In this document: positions 19,393 to 28,305 of the stretch, in pieces
Layout: each line of letters starts with the position of its first letter
Numbering within the stretch: position 1 is the stretch's first letter
From: a virus
Direction: 5' to 3' (one strand)
UHGV virus genome: UHGV-0037395
Length of the DNA stretch: 64,000 nucleotides
Notes under the pieces: model-generated
Database searches by the model: none
What the model was told of the DNA's origin: nothing
The model's input: only the letters and a program-made list of their open reading frames with translations
Made by a program: the position numbers and the translations under genes

Positions 19393-20538
19393 ATGACTAC
19401 TTTACTAAACCTGAATTGGGATCATACTAACGCTGACCTTTTCCTGGGAGATTCTCTCGGTATCGCAGATTATGTACGTGTAGCACATCCAGAACTAGAA
19501 CGTCTGGCACTTCTGCAACGCTCTCAATTTTGGACTGAAACTGAAATCAGTCTGGAAGCAGATAAGAAACAATGGCCTAATCTCCCGCGTGAAATTCAGG
19601 AAATTACACTCCTGAACTTAGCATGGCAGACCCAAACAGATTCCTTTATCAGTCGTGCCCCTGAAGCAGCTATTATGCCACTTGTAAGTCGCCCAGAATT
19701 GGAAGGTATGCTCAAGCAGTGGAGCTACTTCGAAGATCTGCATAGCCGTGCTTATAGTAACATTATTCGTAATGTGCTGACTGATCCAGCAGAATTTATT
19801 GATTCTGTAACCAAAAACCAGGAAGCATTCGCACGAATCGCTGATTCTGTTGAGCTATTTGATGAGCTATATCAGTTAGGTCAGTATTTCATCGCAGTAC
19901 GTGATCATCGTGGTGACAATACATATCCAGAAACTGAGTTCCCTGAAGTTAAACGTGAAACTCAGGCTAAACTATTAGACGCTTACTTTGCGATCTATGG
20001 TCTGGAAGCAATGCAGTTTTACGCATCCTTTGCATGTACCTTTGCATTAGCAGAGAACGATATTCTGCAGGGTATTGCTAAAAATCTGCAATTAATCGCT
20101 AAAGATGAAGCTCTGCACACTCAGATGTCCAAAGCAATCATCCAGATTATGTTCCAGCAGTTTGACAAAGATCTGGTGGATGAAGCAGTGGCTAAAGCAC
20201 CAGCACAGCTCCTGAAAACTCTGAAAACTGAAATTGAATGGGGTCATTTCATTTTCAAAGGTCGTAGTCTGATTGGCTTGAATGCAGAACTTCTAGAAGA
20301 ATATCTGTACTTTGTGGGGCGTAATGCATTTATGCACATCGGTGTAGAATGGCCTAGTCATTTACCAGTAATCACCAAGAACCCCATTCCGTGGATCATG
20401 AACTGGCTGGATACCACTTCTTTACAGCCTGCTCCACAAGAAATCCAGATTGGTGCAGCATATCGTGTAGGTCAAGTCACCGAAACCTCTACTGATACTC
20501 TGAAAGATCTGGGTAATGAATTTGGAGATTTCTTATGA
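19393..20538 (+). CDS. nrdB: Ribonucleotide reductase small subunit
   Basis: 381 aa di-iron protein; own promoter and RBS GAGAAAGAGG upstream. Confidence 0.85.
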   Translation: MTTLLNLNWDHTNADLFLGDSLGIADYVRVAHPELERLALLQRSQFWTETEISLEADKKQWPNLPREIQEITLLNLAWQTQTDSFISRAPEAAIMPLVSRPELEGMLKQWSYFEDLHSRAYSNIIRNVLTDPAEFIDSVTKNQEAFARIADSVELFDELYQLGQYFIAVRDHRGDNTYPETEFPEVKRETQAKLLDAYFAIYGLEAMQFYASFACTFALAENDILQGIAKNLQLIAKDEALHTQMSKAIIQIMFQQFDKDLVDEAVAKAPAQLLKTLKTEIEWGHFIFKGRSLIGLNAELLEEYLYFVGRNAFMHIGVEWPSHLPVITKNPIPWIMNWLDTTSLQPAPQEIQIGAAYRVGQVTETSTDTLKDLGNEFGDFL

Positions 20539-21068
20539 TTACAGCAATGTATGCAGTTGGGCCGAATGGGGAGTTCGGCCTCCGCGGTAAACTTCCATGG
20601 GGTTCCTTCAAAGAAGAACTAGATGCTTTCTATTCTCAACTGGACGTGTTGAATCCGGATAACATCATCATTGGTGCTGGTACTTATTTAGCTCTTCCAT
20701 ACGCCGTTAGGGAACGTATGATTGGAGCTTCTGACCTATTTATTCGTGCTGATCGTCCACTGCCAGACGATATTACGCATGATATTTACACCACAATTTC
20801 TAAGATTGGGGATACATTGCCTACATTCTTAAAAGATCAACAGACAGTGGTTTTAGGTGGCGCAACATTACTGTATGAAATGTATATTCATGGACATATT
20901 GAAAGTGCTTTTGTATCCACAATCTTTAGTAATCAAAAACTAGAGGCAGATGTACATCTGGATAATACGATTCTAGATTACAATTATGAATCTACTCGTT
21001 TAGTTTACGCAACTGGCGCAAACAGTGATAACAGCCTGCGATTTGTACAGGAATTGGTTACTTATTAA
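20535..21068 (+). CDS. frd: Dihydrofolate reductase
   Basis: 177 aa between nrdB and thyA; N-terminal GPNGEFGLRGKLPW resembles the DHFR substrate-binding region; start overlaps nrdB stop. Confidence 0.65.
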   Translation: MITAMYAVGPNGEFGLRGKLPWGSFKEELDAFYSQLDVLNPDNIIIGAGTYLALPYAVRERMIGASDLFIRADRPLPDDITHDIYTTISKIGDTLPTFLKDQQTVVLGGATLLYEMYIHGHIESAFVSTIFSNQKLEADVHLDNTILDYNYESTRLVYATGANSDNSLRFVQELVTY

Positions 21069-21907
21069 TGCAACAATATTTAAAAATTCTAACAGATGTA
21101 ATTCTACTAGGCGAACCACGTAACGATCGTACAGGAACAGGCACAGTTTCAATTTTTGATTCCTATGCTAAGTTCGATCTACGTGAGGGGTTCCCTGCCG
21201 TAACCACTAAACGTCTAGCTTGGAAATCGGTAGTTGGAGAACTCTTATGGTTTTTATCTGGATCTACAAATCTCCATGATCTGCGAGTATTCACATTTGG
21301 GCGTGACGAAGGACAGTGGACTATCTGGACTCCAAATTATGAAGACCAAGCCATAAGCATGGGTTATGACAGGGGTAATCTGGGACCAGTATATGGTAAA
21401 CAATGGCGCAACTTTGGTGGACGAGATCAGATCACAGAACTCATTGAGGGTCTCAAGAATAATCCACATGGTCGTAGACACCTAGTATCTGCATGGAACG
21501 TTGCCGAACTAGATAAGATGGCACTACCACCATGTCACTATGGTTTCCAGTGTTACGTAAGTAATGATGGATACTTAGATCTTAAATGGACACAACGTTC
21601 TGTAGACTGTTTTCTAGGCCTACCTTTCAATATTGCTAGTTATGCTTTATTAACACATATCCTGGCAAAACTGACTGGGCTAAAACCTCGTTATCTCATC
21701 TTTAGTGGTGGAGATACACACATTTACAGTGATCATATAGAGCAAGTAGAGGAGCAACTGAAACGTAAACCACGTCCTCTGCCAACTCTAGTAATGCCAG
21801 AATTTGTAGACCTTTATGATTTATTAGAGAATAATACTGCGGCTTGGTCCTTCCAGCTTGAAGGATATGATCCGCATCTAGCTCTTAAAGCTAAAATGTC
21901 TTCTTAG
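21068..21907 (+). CDS. thyA: Thymidylate synthase
   Basis: Active-site LPPCH motif (ALPPCHYGFQCYV) plus conserved DLGPVYGKQWR-like region. Confidence 0.85.
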   Translation: MQQYLKILTDVILLGEPRNDRTGTGTVSIFDSYAKFDLREGFPAVTTKRLAWKSVVGELLWFLSGSTNLHDLRVFTFGRDEGQWTIWTPNYEDQAISMGYDRGNLGPVYGKQWRNFGGRDQITELIEGLKNNPHGRRHLVSAWNVAELDKMALPPCHYGFQCYVSNDGYLDLKWTQRSVDCFLGLPFNIASYALLTHILAKLTGLKPRYLIFSGGDTHIYSDHIEQVEEQLKRKPRPLPTLVMPEFVDLYDLLENNTAAWSFQLEGYDPHLALKAKMSS

Positions 21908-21912
21908 TTTAA

Positions 21913-21938
21913 ATAGCCCTTCGGGGCTATTATATTTA
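21913..21938 (+). terminator. Rho-independent terminator after thyA
   Basis: TAGCCC-TTCG-GGGCTA plus TTATATTT. Confidence 0.6.
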
Positions 21939-21946
21939 AATTTCAT

Positions 21947-21975
21947 TTGCTTATTTAGTGAAATTTAAATATAAT
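21947..21975 (+). promoter_or_regulatory. T5-type early promoter (TTGCTT-17-TATAAT)
   Basis: Cassette match after thyA terminator. Confidence 0.55.
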
Positions 21976-22001
21976 ATATTTTATAAATTGGAGATACACA
22001 T

Positions 22002-22265
22002 ATGGGACTCTTTAGAAAGAAAATTTATTTAACAGAAAGGCAAGAACACAAACTTCTTACTCTATCAGAATACTATCATTTACCTTATGACTACTTTGTA
22101 GATAGAGCAATAGAGGAATTCTTGGATAGGGAATTAGAGGTTATAAAACCTAAGCCTCCTGAGCCGTCTTTAGCATCAAATGGTCCACAAAGAGAGTACC
22201 CAAGAGTTCCACCAATGCCTCCTACTCCGCCAAAAACTAGAGTTGTAACAGAAGGTGAAAAATAA
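22002..22265 (+). CDS. Hypothetical protein with Pro-rich C-terminus (87 aa)
   Basis: ORF after promoter 21947-21975; overlaps RNase H start. Confidence 0.4.
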   Translation: MGLFRKKIYLTERQEHKLLTLSEYYHLPYDYFVDRAIEEFLDRELEVIKPKPPEPSLASNGPQREYPRVPPMPPTPPKTRVVTEGEK

Positions 22266-22741
22266 TGTCGGTTTTCCACATTTACACAGATGGTGCTTGT
22301 AAGTCTAACCCAGGTCCAGGTGCTTGGGGTTTTATTGTCTATGATGATAACGACGATCGTTTAGGTTCTAAATCTGGTTATAATCCTAAAACTACAAATA
22401 ATGAGATGGAACTCACAGCTATTGTAGAAGCTCTACGTTGGTCTGTTAAAAAAGATAATAGACCAATTGCTATCTATACTGACTCTGCTTATTGCAAAAA
22501 TGGTATGGAAAGTTGGATGTTTTCTTGGCAAAGGAAAGGTTGGAAGAAAGCAGATGGTGAAGTTCCTCTTAATCTAGAACTTTGGCAGGAAGCATTTAAA
22601 TTAACACAGCAATATATTAACTTTCATAATACTAACCCTACCTTTATTAAGGTTAAAGGACATTCTGGTATTAGTGGTAATGAAGCTGTAGATGCATTAT
22701 GTAACACAGTTATTACTGAAGCTGAAATGGCTGAGATGTGA
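22265..22741 (+). CDS. rnh: Ribonuclease H
   Basis: HIYTDGACKSNPGPGAWGF...ELTAI...YTDS matches RNase HI catalytic DEDD motifs. Confidence 0.8.
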   Translation: MSVFHIYTDGACKSNPGPGAWGFIVYDDNDDRLGSKSGYNPKTTNNEMELTAIVEALRWSVKKDNRPIAIYTDSAYCKNGMESWMFSWQRKGWKKADGEVPLNLELWQEAFKLTQQYINFHNTNPTFIKVKGHSGISGNEAVDALCNTVITEAEMAEM

Positions 22742-22761
22742 TAAATAAATTAAAAATTTTC

Positions 22762-22790
22762 TTGCTTAAAGCCCTCTAATTTAGTATAAT
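22762..22790 (+). promoter_or_regulatory. T5-type early promoter
   Basis: TTGCTT-17-TATAAT. Confidence 0.55.
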
Positions 22791-22817
22791 ATTCGTATTG
22801 AAAGTGAGGAGGGCTTT

Positions 22818-23102
22818 ATGCGTATTTATAACTCAAATTCACTAGGATTTAAACCATTGAGAAAACGTGCACAATCACCTCGTCAAATAAGAAAGGCTAA
22901 TATTGGTGAGCCAGAAACACGTCTTCCACCCCCTCCAGAACAACGTTTAGTTTATCTGGACGAAGAATTAGCTGAACGCGAAAGAAAAGCTCAAGAAGAG
23001 ATTGAGCGTAAGAAAATGTGTACTGCTCCGGCCTACTCCAAAGGGGCTTATCAGTATATCTATACAGCCGAGGAGGCTAAAGATGTGGGGCGTAAAAAAT
23101 GA
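22818..23102 (+). CDS. Hypothetical protein (94 aa)
   Basis: ORF after promoter 22762-22790 and RBS GAGGAGG. Confidence 0.4.
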   Translation: MRIYNSNSLGFKPLRKRAQSPRQIRKANIGEPETRLPPPPEQRLVYLDEELAERERKAQEEIERKKMCTAPAYSKGAYQYIYTAEEAKDVGRKK

Positions 23103-23548
23103 AGATTACCGAATTTAAAGGTACTTATAGTTTCTTATCTAACTTTTATTTATCACCAATTACTTTCGAATATCTAAACGAGATATGGCATGCTGATACT
23201 GTAGAACATGCTTTTCAGGCTATGAAATCCGACCAAAAAGATGATGTAGCTCATGTACTGCGCTCCCTAAATGCAGGAGTTGCCAAACGTAGAGGACGTA
23301 AATTAACTCTACGCTCTGACTGGGATAAGGTAAAAGATGATGTAATGCTAGAGCTTTTACGGTTAAAGTTTGCAATCCCTGATTTGAGAGACAAACTGTT
23401 AGCAACAAAAAATGCAACTTTGATCGAAGGAAATACCTGGGGAGATACATATTGGGGTGTTTGCCGAGGCATCGGGGACAATACTTTAGGTGTTCTTTTG
23501 ATGCAGGTAAGGTCTGAAATTAAAAGAAGCTTACAGTTAATAAATTAA
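23099..23548 (+). CDS. NADAR (YbiA/DUF1768) domain protein, putative N-glycosidase or ADP-ribose-removing enzyme
   Basis: YSFLSNFYLSPITFEYLNEIWHADTVEHAFQAMKS and W/G-rich C-terminal segment typical of the NADAR family. Confidence 0.7.
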   Translation: MKITEFKGTYSFLSNFYLSPITFEYLNEIWHADTVEHAFQAMKSDQKDDVAHVLRSLNAGVAKRRGRKLTLRSDWDKVKDDVMLELLRLKFAIPDLRDKLLATKNATLIEGNTWGDTYWGVCRGIGDNTLGVLLMQVRSEIKRSLQLIN

Positions 23549-23556
23549 AAATTCAT

Positions 23557-23585
23557 TTGCTAAACGCTTCAAATTCTCGTATAAT
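23557..23585 (+). promoter_or_regulatory. T5-type early promoter
   Basis: AAAAATTCATTTGCTA...TATAAT...CATAAATTGATAAAC cassette. Confidence 0.6.
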
Positions 23586-23623
23586 ATACTTCATAAATTG
23601 ATAAACAAAAAGGAAAATAAATA

Positions 23624-24139
23624 ATGGCTAAGCAGAAAAACGCAAAAACTCAAGCAGCTCCGGCAGTTAAAACTTTCCCAAAGACTGAGGCTAATCGCAA
23701 AGCTCGTCTGGAACGTCACCTGCGTAAGCATCCTACCGATGCTCAGGCTGCACAAGCACTGAATAACCCGGCTCCGATTCGTCAGAAGCCTAAAGCTAAA
23801 AATGCCACCCGTAAATCCTACAAAATGGTTATGTATGTAGAAAATTACGGCCACAAATCTGTCCCAGTTTCCCTGAGCTTCAACGCTGGGGCTGAATTGT
23901 TCCCTCGTAATGGTATGTCTATGAAAGACTATGAGAAGGCAGTTAACCAGAAGCGTAAACCAACAGCAGATGTATTGCGCGATACTCGTGGACAGTTTGG
24001 TTCTGTTAAGCCAAATATCTTTGGCGTAGAGTATAGTAAAGATAATGTTCGTGCTCTGTGTTACGGCGTAGGCATTAAGTTCACGGGTGATTCCGCTCGT
24101 AAATCTGCTAAACCAGCTCGCAAACGTAAAGCGAAGTAA
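23624..24139 (+). CDS. Basic Lys/Arg-rich protein (171 aa), possibly nucleic-acid binding
   Basis: ORF after promoter 23557-23585; highly basic N- and C-termini. Confidence 0.45.
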   Translation: MAKQKNAKTQAAPAVKTFPKTEANRKARLERHLRKHPTDAQAAQALNNPAPIRQKPKAKNATRKSYKMVMYVENYGHKSVPVSLSFNAGAELFPRNGMSMKDYEKAVNQKRKPTADVLRDTRGQFGSVKPNIFGVEYSKDNVRALCYGVGIKFTGDSARKSAKPARKRKAK

Positions 24140-24202
24140 TAGATAAATAGGGGCAGAAGCCCCTACAATCTACTGATTCTCTAACTAATCAAGGATATTT
24201 TT

Positions 24203-24418
24203 ATGTTCTCTAAGAAACCACGTTCTGTTACTGAAATCGTTGCTTCCTTTACCACTATCACTGATGAGCTTCAAGCTCGTATTGAGGCTGATCAAAAAAT
24301 CGCTGCTGATATTCAGAAACAGCAGGAAGAACTCGCTTTAAAGTTGGCTGAAACCAACAAGAGTGAAAAATCTGCCCAAACTATTATGGAAAATATTCTT
24401 AAACTGCTGGGCAAGTAA
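24203..24418 (+). CDS. Hypothetical coiled-coil protein (71 aa)
   Basis: ORF followed by terminator at 24427-24450. Confidence 0.4.
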   Translation: MFSKKPRSVTEIVASFTTITDELQARIEADQKIAADIQKQQEELALKLAETNKSEKSAQTIMENILKLLGK

Positions 24419-24426
24419 TTTAAATC

Positions 24427-24450
24427 AGGGGGCGAAAGCCCCTCTTATTT
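24427..24450 (+). terminator. Rho-independent terminator
   Basis: GGGGGC-GAAA-GCCCCT plus CTTATTT. Confidence 0.55.
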
Positions 24451-24459
24451 GGAGAAACT

Positions 24460-24696
24460 ATGCGTAATTTTGTAGCAAAGAATGATTTTAACCGTGCTAG
24501 CACTCATAAGTCCGCTAGGGATTATACACGACTTTCTAGTCATGAGGTAATGGATACCTGTTATGAAGAGCTGGAAGGTAGCTGGAATGAATGGCCCGAC
24601 TTCTCTATGGAAGAGAACTGGGATGTCAGTGAGGATATGCTTCCTGGTTTTAAAGACCCCAAGAAGTGGGAGTCTATTAAAGAGACAGCTCTTTAA
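24460..24696 (+). CDS. Hypothetical acidic protein (78 aa)
   Basis: ORF with RBS GGAGAAA. Confidence 0.4.
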   Translation: MRNFVAKNDFNRASTHKSARDYTRLSSHEVMDTCYEELEGSWNEWPDFSMEENWDVSEDMLPGFKDPKKWESIKETAL

Positions 24697-24724
24697 TAGT
24701 TTTCTACACAATAAAGGATAAGTT

Positions 24725-25426
24725 ATGAAAGTAAAACCATTTGGTATGCTAGATATTGAATCTCTAGGAACTCCAGGAGATTGTGGTACTACTCATATCG
24801 CAATGCCTTCATTCTCTTTTGTGGCTATGCATGGAATTGATAAAGACCCTGATCTAGTATTTGTTACTTTGGATGTGCAGGATCAGCTTAATTCTGGTGC
24901 CAAAGTTACAGCATCTACTCTAGCATTCTGGATGGATCAAGCTAAAAATAGCCCGTCTGCTATCCACATTATGGAAGCTATGAAGGAACGTAATCCAAAA
25001 CTGATTGCCTTCCAAAATGGTAAACATCATTGCACTAATAAATTAGGCTCAAACTATGCTGCCTTCTCTATGGCTCAAAATATTATGGAGTTGGCTCTAG
25101 GTGAAAATGCTTTGTATTACGGTAATGGCCCAGAGTTTGATATGACTATCTACTCTGCAAACACGTTCCATGCTGGAACCAATGAAGAGGTAGTTCCGTG
25201 GAAATTCTGGAATTTGGGCAATGTTCGATCTCTTCGTAATATCTGGATGCAAGCTGGATACAGTTATAAGGCTCTAGAGACCGAAGGTATTAGCTGGGCA
25301 ATAGCTAAAATGGAGAAGATGGACACTATTCGTTATGGGATCTATCCGGTTAAGCATGATCCTGCATTTGATGCCTTAGTTGAAAGCTATTGTGTTGCAG
25401 CTATGATCGAAAAAATGAAAATTTGA
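24725..25426 (+). CDS. Putative DEDDh-type 3'-5' exonuclease
   Basis: Exo I-like MLDIESLGT, Exo III-like HDPAFDALV. Confidence 0.45.
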   Translation: MKVKPFGMLDIESLGTPGDCGTTHIAMPSFSFVAMHGIDKDPDLVFVTLDVQDQLNSGAKVTASTLAFWMDQAKNSPSAIHIMEAMKERNPKLIAFQNGKHHCTNKLGSNYAAFSMAQNIMELALGENALYYGNGPEFDMTIYSANTFHAGTNEEVVPWKFWNLGNVRSLRNIWMQAGYSYKALETEGISWAIAKMEKMDTIRYGIYPVKHDPAFDALVESYCVAAMIEKMKI

Positions 25427-25427
25427 T

Positions 25428-25456
25428 TTGCTTCCGGCCCCAAAATTCTGTATAAT
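25428..25456 (+). promoter_or_regulatory. T5-type early promoter
   Basis: TTGCTT-17-TATAAT plus CATAAATTTGAG. Confidence 0.55.
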
Positions 25457-25496
25457 ATATTCATAAATTTGAGAAAACAATAAAAGGAAAACATAT

Positions 25497-25679
25497 ATGC
25501 CAGTATCTAAAAATGTTCGTAAAAATGGTAAGAAAGCTACTCGTAATCTGGGTATCCGTCGTATGGCTGAACGTCAATCAGGTATCCAGAAAATCTTTGA
25601 TCTGCTAAATCGTGCTAATCCTAAAATTGATAACAGTAATGATACTGTTCTACGCACTCTGCTGGCAATTGGTCTGTAA
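25497..25679 (+). CDS. Hypothetical basic protein (60 aa)
   Basis: ORF after promoter 25428-25456. Confidence 0.35.
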   Translation: MPVSKNVRKNGKKATRNLGIRRMAERQSGIQKIFDLLNRANPKIDNSNDTVLRTLLAIGL

Positions 25680-25732
25680 TAGGCCAACTTTAAACAAATT
25701 CAAATCTCAAACTTCATATAAGGAAGCAAATA

Positions 25733-26371
25733 ATGACTACTCGTATTTCTAAAACTCGCGCTCTGGCAACTATCAAATCTCTGGAAGCTAAAATCCGTAA
25801 AGCTACTGAACAGCAGCTTCTGATCGCTGTTGGTGAAGGTAAGGATAAAAACCAAGTTGTAGTTGGCGCTGCAATCGAAGTAGCTGATCTGTCTACTCGT
25901 ATTAAGACTGATTTCCAGTCTCTGCTGGATATGATGTCCCAGCGTGATCGTATCAAAGCTGCTCTGATTAAAAGCAATGCGGAAACAATCGTTGAGATTG
26001 GCCCTCGTAAGATGACTGTTGCGGAAGCAATTGAAGCTAAGCGTTCTATGGAACTTAAAGCCCAACTGCTGGCTAACATGCGTAAGCAGTTCCATGCCGC
26101 TACGGTTAAGTTTAATACGCAGAAAGCACAGTTTGATGCTAAATATGAGCGTTTGCAGGATAGCATGGCTACCCGCGATAAGAAAACTTCCGAAGATGAA
26201 GTTAAAATGCAGCTCAACCTGCTGGAACTCAAGAATACTCCATTCTTGATTGATCCGCTGGAACTGGAAAAGCTGATTAAGCAGCATGACGAGGAATATC
26301 AGGACTTTGCAACAAATGTTGACTTTGTTCTGTCCGAGTCTAACGCCTCTACCTTCATTGAAGTAGAGTAA
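25733..26371 (+). CDS. Hypothetical coiled-coil protein (212 aa)
   Basis: ORF with RBS AAGGAAG; antisense ORFs on the opposite strand judged spurious. Confidence 0.45.
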   Translation: MTTRISKTRALATIKSLEAKIRKATEQQLLIAVGEGKDKNQVVVGAAIEVADLSTRIKTDFQSLLDMMSQRDRIKAALIKSNAETIVEIGPRKMTVAEAIEAKRSMELKAQLLANMRKQFHAATVKFNTQKAQFDAKYERLQDSMATRDKKTSEDEVKMQLNLLELKNTPFLIDPLELEKLIKQHDEEYQDFATNVDFVLSESNASTFIEVE

Positions 26372-26754
26372 TAATTTAAAAGCTAGTAAATCGGTAGACG
26401 AAAGCCCAAGCATCTTACCTCGCAGCAGCGGTTGAAATACGAGGTTAAATAAGACCGCTGACCATACTATAAAGTATAATCTATTGGAGATTATGTTTAT
26501 TACACCAGCCTTTTAAGCTGACACGTAAGAACAAAGCGTCGTTGATATTACCGACACAACTTCAAAGATCAACATTTAAGTATGAAAGCTGAAAAGTTTA
26601 AAGAACTCAAACTTCTAAACTTCTAAAGCTAAAAGATGCAAAGTATTCGTTGATGATTCAAATCCTAGATCAAAGGTACATGGCTCATAAGATATGGCCA
26701 GTGGCGCCTCTAGGCTGTTTATCGGTTTACTAGTTTCACAATTTAAAAATGTAT

Positions 26755-26783
26755 TTGCTAATTTACTAAGTTATCTGTATAAT
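26755..26783 (+). promoter_or_regulatory. T5-type early promoter
   Basis: TTGCTA-17-TATAAT plus TAAATTGATGAAACGAGG. Confidence 0.55.
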
Positions 26784-26813
26784 ATATTTTTAAATTGATG
26801 AAACGAGGCTATT

Positions 26814-27131
26814 ATGACTTTTCATATTTTGATTGATGATGTGCGCAATCTTCACGGAATGGACATTATCATTCGAACCCCAGAAGCCGCTGTAGAGTTT
26901 CTGAATAAAACTGATACCACAGGCCACTTCGTTTATATGGATAATGACTTGGCTGTAGATGGTATGGAAGGTTATCAAATTCTTCGTTTACTCTTAGAAT
27001 TTGGGCAGAGACCAAAGAAAGTGGTACTAGTAACCTCGAACCCAGTAGCTAAGCAAAATATGCGTAATGATTTGCTTGACTTAGGGTATAAAGAAAATCC
27101 CAATCGTGTTGAATATGATTGGCAGGAGTAA
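26814..27131 (+). CDS. Stand-alone response-regulator receiver (REC) domain protein
   Basis: CheY-like landmarks HILIDDV (acid pocket), YMDNDL (phospho-Asp), VVLVTSNP (Thr) and GYKENP (Lys), 105 aa. Confidence 0.5.
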   Translation: MTFHILIDDVRNLHGMDIIIRTPEAAVEFLNKTDTTGHFVYMDNDLAVDGMEGYQILRLLLEFGQRPKKVVLVTSNPVAKQNMRNDLLDLGYKENPNRVEYDWQE

Positions 27132-27136
27132 AAAGA

Positions 27137-27586
27137 ATGAAGGCAGCTTTGCTTTTAGTAGCTGCCCTTACCTTCAGCTTTAGTAGTCAGGCATCGCACG
27201 ATGCAAAAGAAATAGATTGCATTGCTAAAAATATCTATTTCGAAAGTCGTGGTGAGGGCATAAAGGGAATGACGGCGATTGCACATGTTACTAAAAACCG
27301 TGTAAACTCCGGTAAATTCCCAGATTCCTACTGTAAAGTAGTATATCAGTCTAACCAGTTCTCTTGGGTATCTAAGAGACCAAAAGTTGATAAAACTGAT
27401 GAGGCTTGGCAAACCGCTAAGAATTTAGCTAGAGTGATATACTACGTTGATTTACCACAAGATCCTACACATGGAGCACTATACTTCCATAGTGGTAAAG
27501 ATAAACCTTACTGGACAAAGAAATTTAAGAAAACAACTAAGATTAAGGGACATACATTCTATAAACCTGTTGTCACTAAAACTTAA
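27137..27586 (+). CDS. Secreted SleB-like cell-wall hydrolase (Hydrolase_2 family)
   Basis: Signal peptide MKAALLLVAALTFSFSSQA, then CIAKNIYFESRGEGIKGMTAIAHVTKNRVNSGKFPDSYCKVVYQSNQFSW. ATG 27137 after RBS GGCAGGAG. Confidence 0.7.
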   Translation: MKAALLLVAALTFSFSSQASHDAKEIDCIAKNIYFESRGEGIKGMTAIAHVTKNRVNSGKFPDSYCKVVYQSNQFSWVSKRPKVDKTDEAWQTAKNLARVIYYVDLPQDPTHGALYFHSGKDKPYWTKKFKKTTKIKGHTFYKPVVTKT

Positions 27587-27594
27587 AAATTTAC

Positions 27595-27623
27595 TTGCTT
27601 AAATACTTAAATTTCCGTATAAT
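27595..27623 (+). promoter_or_regulatory. T5-type early promoter
   Basis: TTGCTT-17-TATAAT plus CATAAATTAATGAGAGG. Confidence 0.55.
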
Positions 27624-27654
27624 ACTTCCATAAATTAATGAGAGGAAGCGAAAT

Positions 27655-27825
27655 ATGAAATCAGTTGTAATTATTGGTGTTAACACTCGCGGTATTCGTA
27701 CTACGAAAACTGTTAAAACTTCTAACGTTGCTGAGATCACTACGAACCCTAAAAAGTTTGATTTCGCCAAAGTCTCAGCAGTTATGACAGAACAATCTTT
27801 TAACCAGGCGTTAGGAATGAAATAA
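27655..27825 (+). CDS. Hypothetical small protein (56 aa)
   Basis: ATG after promoter 27595-27623 and RBS GAGAGGAAG; stop overlaps next ATG (TAATG). Confidence 0.3.
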   Translation: MKSVVIIGVNTRGIRTTKTVKTSNVAEITTNPKKFDFAKVSAVMTEQSFNQALGMK

Positions 27826-28268
27826 TGGAAGAGAATATTTTAGATGTTTTGCGTAGAGCTTTGCAGGATTCTAAGTTTAATGGTTCTGATAAAGAAATAG
27901 CTAAAAGCTATCAGACCATAATCGGGGATCTTCAGCGTATTGATAAAGATTTCATCACTTCTGAACAATTTGTGTCTTATCTCAAAGCTCAACTAAAAAG
28001 CATTAACCAGATGAAAGCTAAACTTCATGGTCAAGATCTTGATAGTTATAGCTTGCAGTCTGCTCAGTATGAATACATTCTAAATAAGTGGTTGCAGGAG
28101 TATCTGCCTCCCCAGTTATCTGATACTGAGATTCGTAAATACTTTGCAGAATTAGTTAAGCTAAACCCTGGAATTACAAAAGGTACGCTGATGAAAGCGA
28201 TTAAGGAAGAATTTCCTGGGCGTTATGATGGTGGTACTGCTGCTCAGATTGCTGGCGAATTTAATTAA
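27825..28268 (+). CDS. GatB/YqeY-domain-like protein (147 aa)
   Basis: Size and helical pattern resemble YqeY-family proteins; weak call. Confidence 0.35.
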   Translation: MEENILDVLRRALQDSKFNGSDKEIAKSYQTIIGDLQRIDKDFITSEQFVSYLKAQLKSINQMKAKLHGQDLDSYSLQSAQYEYILNKWLQEYLPPQLSDTEIRKYFAELVKLNPGITKGTLMKAIKEEFPGRYDGGTAAQIAGEFN

Positions 28269-28276
28269 AAATTTAT

Positions 28277-28305
28277 TTGCTAAATGCTTATAAATTCTGT
28301 ATAAT
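28277..28305 (+). promoter_or_regulatory. T5-type early promoter driving non-coding/tRNA region
   Basis: TTGCTA-17-TATAAT plus CATAAATTAGGG. Confidence 0.55.

Noticed and set aside
25700-26413. Two minus-strand ORFs (237 and 172 aa) overlapping plus-strand gene 25733-26371
   Set aside because: Antisense to an ORF with RBS and promoter context, low-complexity Leu/Ser-rich translations, no start signals.
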